Shown here piece after piece: positions 11,538 to 26,254 of a DNA stretch of 64,000 bases. The position numbers and the translations under genes were made by a program. Each line of letters begins with the position of its first letter. The stretch's first letter is position 1. The DNA is from Callorhinchus milii (Eukaryota). The notes under the pieces are model-generated. The model was given only the letters and a program-made list of their open reading frames with translations. It was not told the origin of the DNA and did no database searches. The stretch spans positions 30,816,001 to 30,880,000 of the forward strand of contig NW_024704742.1 of the NCBI RefSeq assembly GCF_018977255.1, read 5' to 3'.

Positions 11538-14525
11538 AGAGGACGATAATAATAATAATAATCCTTGCATTTGATATATCACTTTTCATGTCTTCGAAAT
11601 GTCTCAAAGCACTTCACAGAATATACTGTAAAGTGAATTGACTGTATATTTGTGGGCAAAATGCAACAAACGACCAAAAGCATGGTCAAAGAGGTAGATC
11701 TTGAGTTTGAGGTGAAGGAGGGAGTCGGAGGGGCTCCAGAGTGGAGTTCCAGAGTGTGGGTGCAGGAAAGCTGAAAGCCACCAGTGGATGGATAAGGTCG
11801 GGGACATGAAGCAGGCCAGTGCTTGCTGAGCGAAGGGAACAGTGTACCATATGAGTAAACACTGCCTCTTCACAGTAACTTTTTTAGACTCAAGGTTTCT
11901 GTTTACATTGCTTTGAGCTGTGTTTTGATAGGGATGAGAACCATTCCAACCAGCTCAAATGCCTATTCAGCTTTATCTACAGGATAGTATCGGGCAGGTT
12001 TCACTTGTCTCCTGCCTTGTTATGAAGCCCTTATCCCTCTATTCTCTGTGACATCAGGAATTTATCTAATTCTTTTGCAAAATCCTTCAACCCAGCCTGC
12101 CTATTCTACAATAATAATAATAATCCTTGCATTTGATATAGCGCCTTATCACGTCTTGGAGATGTCTCAAAGATCTTCATAGAATATATTGTAAAGTGAA
12201 TTGACTGTATATTTTGTGGGCGAAACACGGCAGCCAATTGCGCACAGCAGTTTCCCACAAACAGTCTTGGATTAAACAAGTTAGCATTCTTCAATCTAAA
12301 GTCATTCTCCCTTAAATTACGTTTGACTTGAGATTTTCTTGACCTCTTAATTATTTCATGAAGGCAATGTTGTCTTGATTCAATCAAAAGAACATTTCCA
12401 GCCATTTATTATCCCTTGATAATTTTAGAATAGAGTATTGACACTCTATTCTTGGAAAGGGGGCTCCCTTCTCTAGGTTATTTTTGTTCCACAGATGACA
12501 CCGACTTCACTTTGAAGTCAAACTATCTTCATTAAACATCAAGGCTCTTTCCAAGGGCACATGTTAGGTCATCTTTGGAAAGAAGGAGACCTTCTATGTT
12601 GCTACTGTACACATGATCTTTAGCCTCTATACTGACATGATAGGTATGGCATCTGCAACACATGGAATTAGTTAAACGTATGAGTATTACAGATGTCACT
12701 GTCAAAGCTTTATTCCGTGTCAATTAGACTGAGTCCAGCTGCACAGGGAAAGGTTGATGTTGAATGTTTATATTTTGTTACCTTCCATTGAGAGATGTGA
12801 ATGTAATTTAATTTGAAAGCACTGCTTGTACCACAGGTGATGACATCCTCTCCGTTCCTAATGAGAACTGGAAAAATGATCCATGCCACAGGCTACCTAC
12901 GAATTTTACAACAACGTGCACTTATATAAGGGAAGAAATTCCACCTGGGTCTAGAGTTATTCGTATTTCCTTATCCATTGATAGTATCCAAAATTTAGCA
13001 AATTCTTAAAATCTATTCTTGCTCTCGATGCGTTTTTAAAGTTATTGTAAGAATTACACAAAATGTGCTTCAAAGTTCAGACTGAATTCCATAATCTGCA
13101 AAATTAGACATGCTCTGAAATGCATAGGGAACAACACCAAAAATATAATAATAATAATAATTATCCTTGCATTTGATATAGTGCTTTATCACATTGAGAC
13201 ATCTCAAAGTGCTTCACAGGATATATTCTAAAGTGAATTGACTGCATTCTGTGGGTGTCTATTTAGTTCTATCCGCAGGATCCAAAACCCATCTGAAGAG
13301 TTTTTGACCCCGCTCTGAGACACCTTGCGGTGTGAAGGGCGCTATATAAATGCAAGTTGTTATTGTTGTTGCACATTTGCCTACCTCTCCCTCCTCCAAT
13401 GTCCCATCGGGCTTTGCCTCCCACTGTGTCTTTGTAAAGCCCTTTGAGGCATTATCCATTGTATAATTATCTAGGATGGGATGATAAGTGATGTGGGAAC
13501 GTGAGGTTGCTATATCAATGCAAATTATTGTTGTTGCTATGGAGGTGAAAGCCTTTTGGCCAGTGGGTAATAAGTGCGCCTGATCATATGTGATCATATA
13601 ACCGTGATATGGGATTGTTCGACTGTACCTCCAATCACCTCCCCTTTCTCTGCCATTGTTAAACTCTCCGAGATGCTCCCTGCGTGAAGGCTATTATATA
13701 AATGCAAGTCTTTGTTGTTGCTGAACATTAAACCACAGTGGAATACACCTTTAGACTGACCAACAATGCAAAGAATTCAGGCTAATAATCCAGTTTGTAC
13801 CTGGGATACTCAGTTTCCTGGAAGGAGTTCTGAGACAGTGTCAGTCTTACCGCTTCTGGTCATCCATTCAGCTGCAGCAGCAACTTTACTACTGTTAGAT
13901 TACAAGAACATTTACAGAAGGAAGTCATTCTGCCCATTAACAAGCCAGTTTTGTGAGGCATGTTGAGACATCCTCCCGAGGTGAAAGATACCATATAAAT
14001 ATAAATCGTATTTGTATATTTGTATTGTACTGTGTTCATGCTGGACTATCTCCTCCCTTGCAGATATCTCCTCTCATCCCCTTCTACTTCCTTCATCTTA
14101 TTCATCAGTTCAGTGGAGTCTTACTCAGTGTACGTAGTAATTTACTGTGCTGTGATTATTGCTGTGTTGTAATGTCTTCCCCCGTCATCATTATACAACT
14201 CACCCTTGATTCAGCAGCTGATCTTCCACATCAACAAGTTAATAGCAAAGGGCTTTCAATTCTGTGATGTTTTTGTCATTGTTCAGACAGGCTGTTTCAG
14301 CTTCCTGTGCCCTGAATATTTGTATTTATTGCATCCAGATCTTCACAGCCTTTAAGTCTGCCCTCAGAATTTCTATGTAGAAAAGCCAGGGCAAGGGTGT
14401 GGACATCCCAGATCACAAAAATAGTCATACTAGTATTCAAAGAACATTAGTTCTCGTTGAGCAAATGTAATCTCCGCTCTTATAACAGTTACTTAGGAAA
14501 GTTTAAAGGAACGTGAAAGTGTTGG

Positions 14526-15075
14526 TCTGGCTCAGTGAGTGGCACTCTCACCTCCGAGTCAGAATAATAATAATAATAATTCTTGCATTTGATATTGCAT
14601 CTTATCACGTTGTTGAGACGTTTCAAAGAGCTTCACAGGATATACTGTAAAGTGGATTTACTGTAAATTTGTGGGCGAAATGTGTATTTTGTGGGTGAAG
14701 ATTGTGGGATCAAGATCCCCGGTCAGACTTTTAACTCATAATCTAGGATGACACTGCAATGCAATGTTGGGCGTACGCTGCATTATCAGAGATATCTTCA
14801 AATGAGACATTAAACTAAGGTCCCATTTGCCTGTTCAGGTGGATGTTAATGATCCTATTGCACTAGTCGAAAAGAGAAGAGAGATTCTCCCAATGTCCTG
14901 GCTGACAATCTTCCAGATTAAATTGGTCACTCACTTTATAGCTATTAGTAGCACATTGCTGTACCTAAATTGACTGTTGCATTCGCTTACAAAAGATACA
15001 GACAATGAAATTCCCATAAATACTGTGAAGCGCTTTGAGACTTTCTGCCGACATCAAAGGCGCTGGGTCAAATGG
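14526..15075 (+). mobile_element. Family C DeuSINE interrupted by an antisense SINE tail (about 14563-14697)
   Basis: Head split GAGTCAGAA|...|AAGATTGTGGG. Confidence 0.8.
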
Positions 15076-16960
15076 AAAGAAGCTGAGGATGAAAGTCTTA
15101 GAGAGAGAGGACTAACTTCATAGCACTCTGACCCAGCTAGATTAGAAAGTTCTGTGCTTCTGAAAACACTTTGTACATGTAATGAGAAATTCTTGACTAT
15201 TGAGGATTACTGGCCTCCTGAGCTTGGCTACTCCAGAGATTCCTAATTGACAGGGACAGGCACAGACCATGACCCCACTGGAGTTTATTCCGAGATGCTT
15301 CAGGAAGCCAATCTGGAGCTACCCAAACCCAGGAAAGCAAGGTGTATCTGGGAATTAAGCAAGTCATGTATGTTATAGTCAGTGTGTTTTTCCACAGCAC
15401 CCACTCCTGTCTGAACTAACTAACTGGAGCAGGTCCAGGAACTTTATAGTCCTCCCCACCAGTGACACCCCACAGAGCAGACCACATGAGGCGGAGGAGA
15501 AATCCCAGAGATGCTCAAAACTCAAAATAACAAATAATAATCCTTGCTTTTGGGCTTTTCACATCAAGTGGAGCTCCCAAAGCCCTTCACAGAATATAAA
15601 GTAGTATGACTGTGTGTTTTGTGGGTGAACGAGGCAGCCAATTTGCCACATAACTTTCATATTTTATATTCAAAAATATTTTATTAAAGATAAATATTTT
15701 CAGAAGCATGTGATTGTATAACACAGCCAGAGGGAGTACTTTGATCATATTGTTCTGGATGAGCAAATAAGCTGTAATATTGAGTATTCCCGATTTATAT
15801 GGTTGTAGAAAGATCTTTTGTGGGTGAAGACTGTGGGTTCAAGCCCCACGTTGGGCCTTTGAACTCACAATCTAGGCTGGCACTGTGCAGTGTTTTCCAG
15901 TTAGCCTAAACCACATACAACTCAAGAGTGTTCCCAGTAATTACCCAATTGGGACAAAACTTCACTGGACTTTTCCAAACCATGTTGAGTTGCACATTTA
16001 AGCCAGAAATCAGGCTCAAATCTGCTCCATACTGGACCATGGTGGAAAAGTCAAGTTTATATTATTGCTCCTTGAGACTCATTGAGAACAGCTGTTCACT
16101 GTATGTAGCTGGAATTGCTCATAATGTAAATTGGTTAGGTAAGTCTTTTAAAGTCTGAATGGGGAACACATGTCCAATTATAAAGTGTGAAACAGTAGTG
16201 TATTAAAAAAAAACAAGAACCAAGCATGCACAGCTTTACCTCCTGCCCTTGCACAGTCATCCGTGGGATACCTCAGTTCTTTTTGGCCCCTTACTTTACA
16301 AAGCTCACTCTTAAGTGTCGTGACCGATGTTAACTTTCACATGTTTGTGAGTGACACTCACCTCTGTGTCTTCTTGATTTATTATTATTATAATATTATT
16401 ATTTATTATTATTCTTGATTCAGGCTGCACTGCTGTTCTGTTTTTTTGCGTGTCAGACATCAAGGCCTGGATGAGCGAAAGCTTCCTTCAACTCAAGACT
16501 GAAGCCAAACTCCTTGACTCCCACCAGTGTCTTTTGATGAGGTAAATGGGGAGACGATTTTTCACTGCTTGGGGACATTGTAACTGAAAAGCATAAATTT
16601 AAGACTTATTATTAGTATTATTATCAGTCACCAAAAAAATGAAAGAATGAGTTCAGGAGATTTTTTTTTACACACACAGAGTTGCTGGGACATGGAATTG
16701 CCTTAGCAAGAACGATGGTCAAAACTGAATAGCTCTTAAAAAGGCTTTAAATAAATATTTAAGTATCTGTTCTGAGATTGCCCTTTGGAACTCTTAAACT
16801 TATAAATATCTATCTTCTTGTTTTAGTGTTTTGGGACATCCTAAAGAAGTGTTCTTAATTTACCTTTTCCATTCCATTTAAAATAAATACACACCTCTAT
16901 AATGTCCTGTATGAAATGTCTTCTCAAGACTGAAGATGGTACCAATTGATTTGGGAACTA

Positions 16961-17290
16961 TAATAATAATAATAATAATAATCCTTGCATTTGATATAGC
17001 GCTTTTCACGTCGGGAGGACGTCCCAAAGCGCTTCACAGAACACACTGGAAAGTGAATTGACTGTATATTTGTGGGCGAACGCGGCAGCCAATTGCGCAC
17101 AGCAATGTCTCACAAACAGTCATATGGATTGAAAATGACCAATTTATTATTGTGTTTGGTTTTGGAGGGATTATTATTAGGCTCTGTGTGGAGTAAGGAA
17201 ACTTGCCCAAGGTTTCGCCCTCTGCCTGGAATTGAACTCAGGTCTCTCACTTGCAAAGCGAGTGCTCTAACCACTGAGCTACAGGACTCC
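16961..17290 (-). mobile_element. Family A SINE, full length
   Basis: Nearly identical to the other family A copies. Confidence 0.93.
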
Positions 17291-17369
17291 TGATGATCTC
17301 TGAATTGTAATTATCCACCGAACCATACGTCACATTGGAAAATCCAGGTTCCTCTGTGTTACTTTGAAA

Positions 17370-17760
17370 CAATAAATAGCCTTGCAGTTAAACCTTTAGA
17401 GCTGAAGTGAGATGTGAGAAAGTACTTCTTCATCTCAAGGGTAGAGGACATCTGGACTAGGCTCCTGTATGATATATTTATGCATGTAAATAGCATCCAT
17501 TCATTCAAGAGAAACCTAGACAGATTTCTTGGGAAGGAGAGGATGAGGACTGGTAGCCTAATTTGCCACATGCCATCAATAGCAGGATGTTGAGCAACAG
17601 TCCATGCTGATGGTTGGTTGGCCCTCACCTGGAGTTCCCTCAGGAATCAGGCAGGTATTTTACATGTAAATTCTGGAATTGGCCTAGACTCTTGTTTTTG
17701 GTTCCCTCTGCTTTTTTCACCTCCCCCTGGGAGATGTCCCAGTGGCTAGACCAGTAGAGC
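17370..17760 (+). mobile_element. Old CR1 3' fragment with 3' UTR
   Basis: GATGTGAGAAAGTACTTCTTCATCTCAAGGGT and TTCAAGAGAAACCTAGACAGATTTCT, CR1-like. Confidence 0.6.
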
Positions 17761-18089
17761 TATGAAGGTGAATGTTGTGCAAGGAGGTGGTTGGAGGAAT
17801 TCTTGTGGAAGCAAACTTGATTTTGTTTTTCTCTTTCTTTCCTGCCCATATTATCTATATTTCCATCATTCGTCAGACAATGCCAGTGAGCAGTACTTTA
17901 ATGGCACAGCAAGGAAACAAATGAACAGACACATCCTGTGGAGCAAAATGAATTTGAAAAATGAAAAAGAAGCTTTTTTTCAAAATGACTGCCATGTTTG
18001 CTTACAGTAAAATCCTGCGAAGCACTTTGAGATATCCTCCTGACATGAAATTAAAGATTGTTATGCAAGATTATTATCGAAGTCCTTAT

Positions 18090-18620
18090 AATAATAATAA
18101 TCTTTGGATTTGATATAACGACATTGCATTGTCAAGAAGTCTCAAAGAGTTTCACAGGATATACTGTAAAGTGTTTTGACTGGATTTTTGGGGCGAAAGG
18201 TGGACTAGTTTGTGCATAGCAATGACTCACAAACAGCCATGGAGTAAGTGACAAATGTTATAATAATAATAATAATCCTTGCATGTGATACAGTGCCTTA
18301 TCACATCATCGGGCTGCCTTAAAGCACTTCTCAGGATACAAAGTGTATTTTTATTTTTATTTGGGGGTTTTGTTGGCCAGGACACTAGGAGAGAGAAACT
18401 CCCTTCTCTTTTCGAATAGAGTCATGCCATCTTTAACGTCTAACGAAACAAGCAAACAGGACGTTGGTTTAACACCTAATCGGAAAGATGGCACCTCTGA
18501 CAATGCGATGCTCCATCATTGGACTGTCATCTTAGACTATGTGATTCCAATTCCTGATATAGGGGTTGAAACCACACCATCTGACTTAAGGCGAGTGTGC
18601 TACCACTGAGTCAGGTTAAC
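18090..18620 (-). mobile_element. Family C DeuSINE with a nested second tail
   Basis: Deu domain and head on the minus strand. Confidence 0.78.
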
Positions 18621-19462
18621 ATAGTAGTACTTAGTTATATCCACATAATACAGTCAAAAAACAATTAATACATTTCCAGAAATACTTGTCTAAATATAGT
18701 CAGATATCTCTGATTAGCTAGTTAGTTTCCTGTTCATGTTCAATGCATCTCGGCTGACTTAGACAAGAAATAACTACTCATGTTGTGTCTAGAGAATGTG
18801 AATGTTTTTGTATCCACTCTTTCACAAATAGGATTTACTGTCGGGACTCTGTTTGCAGGCTCAGAAATCTTCTTTGTGTTTATCCTGGATGTTTTTAAAT
18901 GCAAAAGGTAGGAAAAGTTTCAACTAACTAGTAAAAGATTGTTTTTGTTGTTTAGAAAAATTTACCAATTTGAAACTCACTGTTTGGTTTCCAGTTATTT
19001 TTAATTTATTCATTTAAAATAACAATTAAAAACTTGCATTCAGTCCTTTTAGCAACTGTATTTTAAAATATTTCATTTTATAATAATAATCCTTGTCTTT
19101 GATATGGAAACCAAACAGTGAGTTTCAAATTGGTAAATTATTTGAAACAACAAAAAGAACTTTTACTAGTTAGTTGAAACTTTTCGTACTATTTCCTTAT
19201 TACGTTGTCAAGATGTCTGAAAGCATTTTACAGAAGCAGCCAATATGTGCACAGCGATGTCCCACAAATCAGCCATGAAGTGAGTGACCAATTTATTAAA
19301 AATGGGGCACGTTAGACAGGACACTCGCTTCTCATTTTGAATAGTGCCAATGGGATGTTTAATGTTCATCTGAACAGGCAGATGGGACCTTGGGTTAACG
19401 TCTGATATGAAGGATGGAACCTGCAACAATGCATTGGGGTGTCAGCCTAGACTAAGTTCGTA

Positions 19463-19782
19463 GGAGTCCTGTAGCTCAGTGGTTAGAGCACTCGCTTTGC
19501 AAGCCAAAGACCTGAGTTCAATTCCAGGCAGAGGGCGAAACCTTGGGCAAGTTTCCTTACTCCACACGCCTAACAATAACCCCTCCAAAACAAAACAATA
19601 ATAAATTGGTCATTTTCAATCTACGACTGTTTGTGGGACATTGCTGTGCGCAATTGGCTGCCGCCTTTGCCCACAAATATACAGTCAATTCACTTTACAG
19701 TGTGTTCTGTGAAGCGCTTTGGGACGTCCTCCCGACGTGAAAAGCGCTATATCAAATGCAAGGATTATTATTATTATTATTA
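19463..19782 (+). mobile_element. Family A SINE nested in an older DeuSINE
   Basis: Full head to tail; host DeuSINE continues on both sides. Confidence 0.93.
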
Positions 19783-20261
19783 ATGTCCTGATGTGGGGCT
19801 TGGACCCACAACTCTGTACCAAATAGGCCAGGCTGATACACATTCATACATTATTAAAGGCATATTATTTTTATGGTACAGTACTCCACATTTGTGGGAT
19901 TTATGATTTCCTTTGGAACAGTAAAATAGCTTTAACAATGCATTGAAGTGAAATGGGGTTCTTTTCTTTCAACCTTGGTAAGTGAAATGTTGGCAGTAAT
20001 TCAACACTATTTGCTTAAACGCAAAGTGAAATATATGTTTTGGTGAATGAACTATCCAGGATCCATTACATCACATTCCTTTGACTCTGCACTTCTGATC
20101 TCTGGCTCCTCGGAGTGGCTTTGTGTAGTGAATGTATCCAATGGAAAATGAGCTCTGCCATATGAAGATTCTTCTTGTTTCTACGGGGATTTCCTGTTGT
20201 AAAGAACGAAGGAAAAGATTGCTATTTTTAGCGATCAATATGTAAACTTCCACAAAATCCA

Positions 20262-22520
20262 AAATCCTCCCCCACCTTCATCTCTGACATCTCCACCCTT
20301 CCAGCTTCCCTCTGCCTCTGCTCCAACAGACTCGTCATCCTAGGCGACTTCAATCTCCACTTCACCCCCCCTCTTGCTCCACCTCCTCAGACTTCTCCTT
20401 CTCCTCTCCTCTCTCAACCTCTCCCTCCACATCCACTCTGCTACCCACGTTCACGGTCACCCGCTCGACCTGGTGATCACCCGGGGCCTCAGCGTCTCGG
20501 ATGTCACCATCACCGACAAGCCATCTCTGACCACCATTTTCATCTCCCTCATCTCCTCTATCCCTCTCCCCACTGCCTCCAAACCTACCACCATCTTCTA
20601 CAGCCCATGGAAGATCTCCGCGCAATCCCTCTCTGCTGCCCTGGAGTCCTCTGAATTCTTCCCCCTCTGGCCCATCTCCCGCACCAACCTATCCTCTGCG
20701 TTTACTCTCCTCCACAGCACCTTCTCCACCACACTCGACGCCCTTGTCCCTTCACCTCTCGAACGGCCTCCTATTCCCGATCCTCACCCTGGTTCACCAG
20801 CCACCTCCGCTCGCTCAAGGGCTAGGTGCGGGCTGCCGAACGCACGTGGCTCAAATCCGGCCTAACGGTCCACTGCCACATCAAAACCTACCGCTCCACT
20901 CTCACCTCGGCCAAATCGTCCTTCTACTTCAGGTTAATCCTGGAGGTGAAGGGCAACCACAGGCTCCTGTTCTCCACCACCAACCGGCTCCTCCGCCCTC
21001 CCCGCCACGCCTCGCAGATTCTTTCCTCTGACTCCCACTGTGAGGAAATGCTGGAATTCCTTGAGTCCAAAATCGAGGGAATCCACTCAGCTGCTGCTGC
21101 CCTCCCAACTTCCACCCCCTCCCTTCCCCCCACCCACACTCCAACCATTACCCATCCCTTCCTCCACAGCTTTGAACCTGTCAACCCCTCCTCTGTCATC
21201 ACCACCATATCCTCCATGAAGTTCACCACCTGCTCCCTGGACCCCATCCCCACCCCTCTCCTTAAATCCTAGCTCCACCTCCTTGCCCCATTACTCGCCG
21301 ACATCATCAACCTCTCCCTGTCATCTGGCACTGTTCCTTACCCCCTCAAAACAGCCACTATCACCCCCACCTTGAACAAATCTTCCTTTGACCCAACACA
21401 GCTATCCAGCTACCGGCCCATCTCAAACCTCCCTTTTCTGTCTAAGATCCTTGAGAGAGCTGTTGCCTCCCAGCTTTGCTCTTTCCTCTCATGCCACTCC
21501 CTCCATGAACTCCTCCAATCGGGTTTTCGTGATGCCCACAGTACGGAAATTGCTCTGGTCAAGCTGACAAATGACATCCTGACCATGTGTGACCAGGGCT
21601 CCCTCTGCCTCCTCGACCTCTCCGCCGCCTTGATACTGTGGACCACTCAATCTTCCTCCACCGCCTCTCCGCCTGCCTCAACCATCAAGGTTCTGTCCTT
21701 GACTGGTTCAGGTCCTACCTTTCACACCGTCTCCACTCCGTCTCTGCAAACGGCTTCTCCTACAGCTCCCGCACCGTCTCGTGCGATGTTCCTCAGGGCT
21801 CTGTCCTCAGTCCCCTCCTCGTCACCCTCTACGTGCTCCCCCTTGGTGACACCCAACTCTATCTCTCTGCCTTCACCCTCAACTCCAGGAATACTGAGGT
21901 CCTGACCGACTGCCTGTCCAACATCAAGTCCTGGATGAGGGACAATTTTCTCTAGCTGAATGTCAGCTCTCCTGATTGGCTCGCATTAGCGCCTCCGCAC
22001 CTCGGGCACCGGCAGCATCAGCCTCCACGGCTGCACACTCAACCTCACTAAGCCAGTCAGGAACCTGGGTGTCTTGTTTGACCCTGAACTGTCCTTTCTC
22101 CCCCACATTCGTGCCATGACCGGCACTGCCTACCACCACCTCCGCAATATTGCCAGACTCCGTCACTGCCTCACCCCTCAGGCTGCCAAACCCTCACCCA
22201 CGCATTCGTTACATCAAGGCTCGATTATGGGAACTCTCTCCTCATCGGCCTTCCCAACTCTTCCCTTCACAAGCTGCAAATCATCCAAAGCTCTGCAGCT
22301 CGTGTACTCTTGCGCACCAGGATCCGTGACCCCATCATTCCCACCCTCACCCGACTCCACTGGTTCCCCATCCGCCAGAGGATCGAATTCAAGATCCTCA
22401 TCCTCACTTTCAAGGCCATCCATGGCCTTGCCCCCTCCTACCTCTCTGACCTGCTGACTCCCTACGAGCCTGCCCGCTCCCTCCGTTCAGCAGGCTCCGG
22501 CCTGCTCCATGTCTCCTGCC
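20262..22520 (+). mobile_element. L2 LINE internal fragment (APE C-terminal part through RT), decayed, no 3' tail
   Basis: [38 protein letters not shown] and LHWFPIRQRIEFKIL across several frames, with stops and frameshifts. Confidence 0.93.
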
Positions 22521-25483
22521 CTTTCCCTCCAGTAATTCTTGCAACTTTTTGTTTGTTTTCACAAAGATCTCCGGTGCTTACCTCCCTGTTTGAGCTCACC
22601 TCCTCATGACGGTCTCTTCACTGCAGCATCTATTGCAGCCCTGCAGCTTCCACTTGTTGCTCACACTGGCGATCAGGGAGGGGAACTTGGGCCAAAGGAC
22701 TGTTCTGAAGGTGTCACTTGGCATTTGCTTTTGCTAGCATTCGTGTTAGCATCTGGCCATTGGTGGGAGTTTAGACTGGAATTGGGAGCAGGACTTGGCT
22801 CTGGAGGTTGAATGTGCGTTGAAGAAGTCTCTGCTCAGAGCTTCCCTCTGTTGTAGCTGATGCTGGTAACTGTACAGAATTAATAGTCCCCAACCCCAAT
22901 ACACCCTTACAGTTCCCATGCCTTGGCTCCAGCCAACCCGCATCTCATACTCTCTGGGAATAGGTAAGCAGGGTTTGTCTCTCTGGGGAGAGAGTGCGCA
23001 CTGCACTCCAGACAAAGGGAGACTTAGCTACAGAGGTGGAATTCTCAGTCTGAATTGGATACTCTTAAGCATAGTGATGGGTTTCCACATGTTGGATATC
23101 TGGCTGACTACAAAGTAATGCTCCCTCTGACCTAACTAACAGGAAATGTGAATTTAAATGTTACAGAAATTGTATAGACAACATTGTGTGTAATAGAGAT
23201 CTGCTCATGTAATGTCAACAGCTGTGCCCTGGAATACTGCAGACCTTGCTCTTTGCTCGGGAACTGGACTTCTGAGATGGCCACAGAGGATTAACTCTAT
23301 TTGAATGTTCTGATTCCAAGCAAGTCATCTTGGAGCCAGTTCAGCTCCAAGGAGACATTGATTAATAAATTGGTCACTCAATGCGTGACTGTTTGTGTGA
23401 CACTGCTGTGTGCCATTGGCTGCCACGTTTCACCCACAAAATATACAGTCAATTCACTTTATATTCTGTGAAGCGCGTGTTAAGGTACTATACTAAACGC
23501 CATGATTATTATTATTATTACCTCCCTCACCCTCAACAGGATAATCTCCATTGCCTCCCCATCCCCCAGCGGATCCAGTTCAAGAAACTCATCCTAACCC
23601 CCGTCTTGCTTCACTCTACCTCTGACCTTTTTAAACTGTACAAACCTGACCGCCTTTGCTCTCTGTAACTCCATCCTGGAGTCCCTATAACACGCCCCTT
23701 CCCTCACCTCCTTCAAAGTATGCCTCAAGACATTCCTCTTTTATCGCAACTTCAGTCATCTTTTCCCTCTTGCCCCTCCCCATCCCGGCATTAATCCCTT
23801 TGTACTTTGTTAAAAGCTTAAATAGTGAGTTTCAACGCAGCTCCATTTTACCTTTGACAATTGTAATCACTTTAATTATATGTTTTGTAAATCCTGATCA
23901 AGAATCCCCGAAATAAAAATTGGTCATTCATTTCATGGCTGTTTCGCACACAAAACACAGTCAATCCATTTTGCAATATATCCTGTGAAGCGCTTTGAGA
24001 CATCCTTCAACGTGAAAAAGTGCTATAAACTAATGTAAGGATTACGTTTCCCTTGCTCAGCGTCTGATCAATGTAAAGCACTCCAAGACGTTATCCAAGA
24101 TGTAAAATGTGCTATATAGATGGACACGGTTATCATTGAATTTCCATGTGTATGGGATGGATGGAATTCCATGGGATGCAGGGAATTCTCAGTTTGGTTT
24201 GGATACTTTTAAAAACATGGTGATTCGTTTCCGCATGACACCCGGCTGACCTAAAAAAAATCTCATTAGGGACACCAGCTGAGTTGAAGGGTGTGAGCTC
24301 AATAAATGTCAACCGTATGAATTACTTTAGTTTTCCCCCCCCACCTTCTGTTTGCTTCACTAACTCAATCCTTACCATTTCAACAAAAGCATTTGCAAAA
24401 TGTATTTTCAACTGGTCAGAATTTTTGAAGTTGTTTCATTTTTAACATGATAACAGTAATAATACTAACCATGGCATTTGATATAGTGCCTTATCACGTC
24501 GTTGAGACATCTCAAAATGTTTCATAGGATTTTACTGTGTATTTATTTGTAGGCCAACTATGGCAGCCGACTTGCGCAAAGCAATGTCCCACAACAGCCA
24601 TGAAAACAGTGACCAATTTTTAGTTGAGGGATTGTTAACTCGGATACTCACTTCTCCCGGGAGTAAGGACACCTCTTTTGAGAATGAAAAAGGATTAAAA
24701 TAAAGTTGAATGCAGAAATTAATCCCCAGTAAAAGGAGCGCTGTGGCAAAAGCCCTAGAAAAGGTTTTGCTTTTCATTCTCTCCTATCTTTAGACAATTA
24801 AACGCACGACGACACCAGGAAGTGATTCAGGTTATTTTGTTTGCGAGGCTGCTTTCAGTCCTGTGCTGTAAAGTGACTCCCTCGCTGTTTGATTCACCGG
24901 CAGTGTCACTGGCGACCTGGAGGTCGACGTGTATGAAGTAACAGGGTGTCATGTTATTATTTCTCTTCTCATTAGTGAGAAGTGCCCTTTGGCATCGGTT
25001 TAAGAAAAGAAGCCGAACCTGATAAGCCAGACCTTGAGAAATGCTGAGACTTGTCGGCACGGCTCTGCTTCACACACACAGTTGGGAGTTTCAGCTTCAA
25101 AAGGCTGCTCCAGGAATACGGGCGGTCTTTTCTTGTACCGCATTCCGCAAATTCCTCTCACAGCGGAGAAAATGATTCCCTCTAGATTGTGACACAAGCC
25201 CCAGTGAACCCGGGCTCCAAGGCAACCTGGCATTCCTGCCAACGGCTTTCACTTTTAAAGCTGCAATGATTTATTTGTTAAGTAGCATCTGATCCTTTTG
25301 CTGGTGCGTGCCTTGCCGTGTTGCCAGAAAAAGTTGGTTAAGCATTTCAATGAATTCTGAGAGAAGTGCAGTTGTGTTAGGTTTCAAGACTCAAAATTAG
25401 AAGCCTTTCCCAGGGAAGCCCGTCCCCAGGGGGTGGGGAACTGGAGCCTGGATTGGTAAGCTCACACCACCAGCATAAGCCTC

Positions 25484-25498
25484 TGGGAAATGTAGTTT
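25484..25498 (-). promoter_or_regulatory. ZNF143/THAP11-type ACTACAnnTCCCA motif
   Basis: Minus strand reads AAACTACATTTCCCAGAGGC. Confidence 0.55.
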
Positions 25499-26254
25499 CT
25501 TTTGTGTTTGGGGTTTATCCGCAACAAATGGGCAGTTTGTATTCCACAGTGTGACAGGCTAAACTTTGCATTAAGGAAAGGTTTTGCCCACAAAATATAC
25601 AGTCAATCCACCTTACAGTGTATTCCTGTGAAGCGCTTTGAGACGTCTGAACAACATGATAAAGCGCTATGTCAAATGCAAGGATTATCATTATTATATC
25701 ATAACATTCGCTTGTGTATTTGAAGAAGCTGAAATCTTGCCTCTGTGCACTCGACTATGGTGCAAGGACCAAAGCTTACTGGTCTCAGGGCTGGCGCAGT
25801 TACAAAGTGGGTCTTATACCCAGCTGCCTGCATCCCGAACAACACCCCCGCCCCCATACCCATGGGATGTGTGGAAGGGTTAACAAACCAGGCATAGGCA
25901 CACATTTTTGGGACGTTCCTAATGTAATGTGTGTTGGGGGGTGAGGAGAGGAGGTGAGGTCTTCTCGTTCGTTCTCTGCTTTTATAGGAGTTGTAGAGAA
26001 AGTATTTCTGCTCTTTAATAATAATAATAATCCTTGCATTTTACATAACGCCTTACCACATCTCAAAGCGCTTCACAAGATGTATTGTAAAGTGAATTAA
26101 CTGTGTATTTTATGGGCTTTCCACAGCCTGCGGAAATTCCCTTCACTTAGAAGAAACTGGTGTGTTTTTTTTACATCCAAAAAAAGACCTCGCATCTGCA
26201 CAGTAACAATGCCCATTACCCCTACCTGCAAATGAGCTGACGCTAAAAGCTTCT

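Noticed and set aside
1..26000. Exons of an upstream neighbour such as NARS2 (upstream of GAB2 in human)
   Set aside because: No matching peptide recognised; the acceptor-like site at 12494 and the exon-like stretch at about 15254-15341 gave no recognisable protein.
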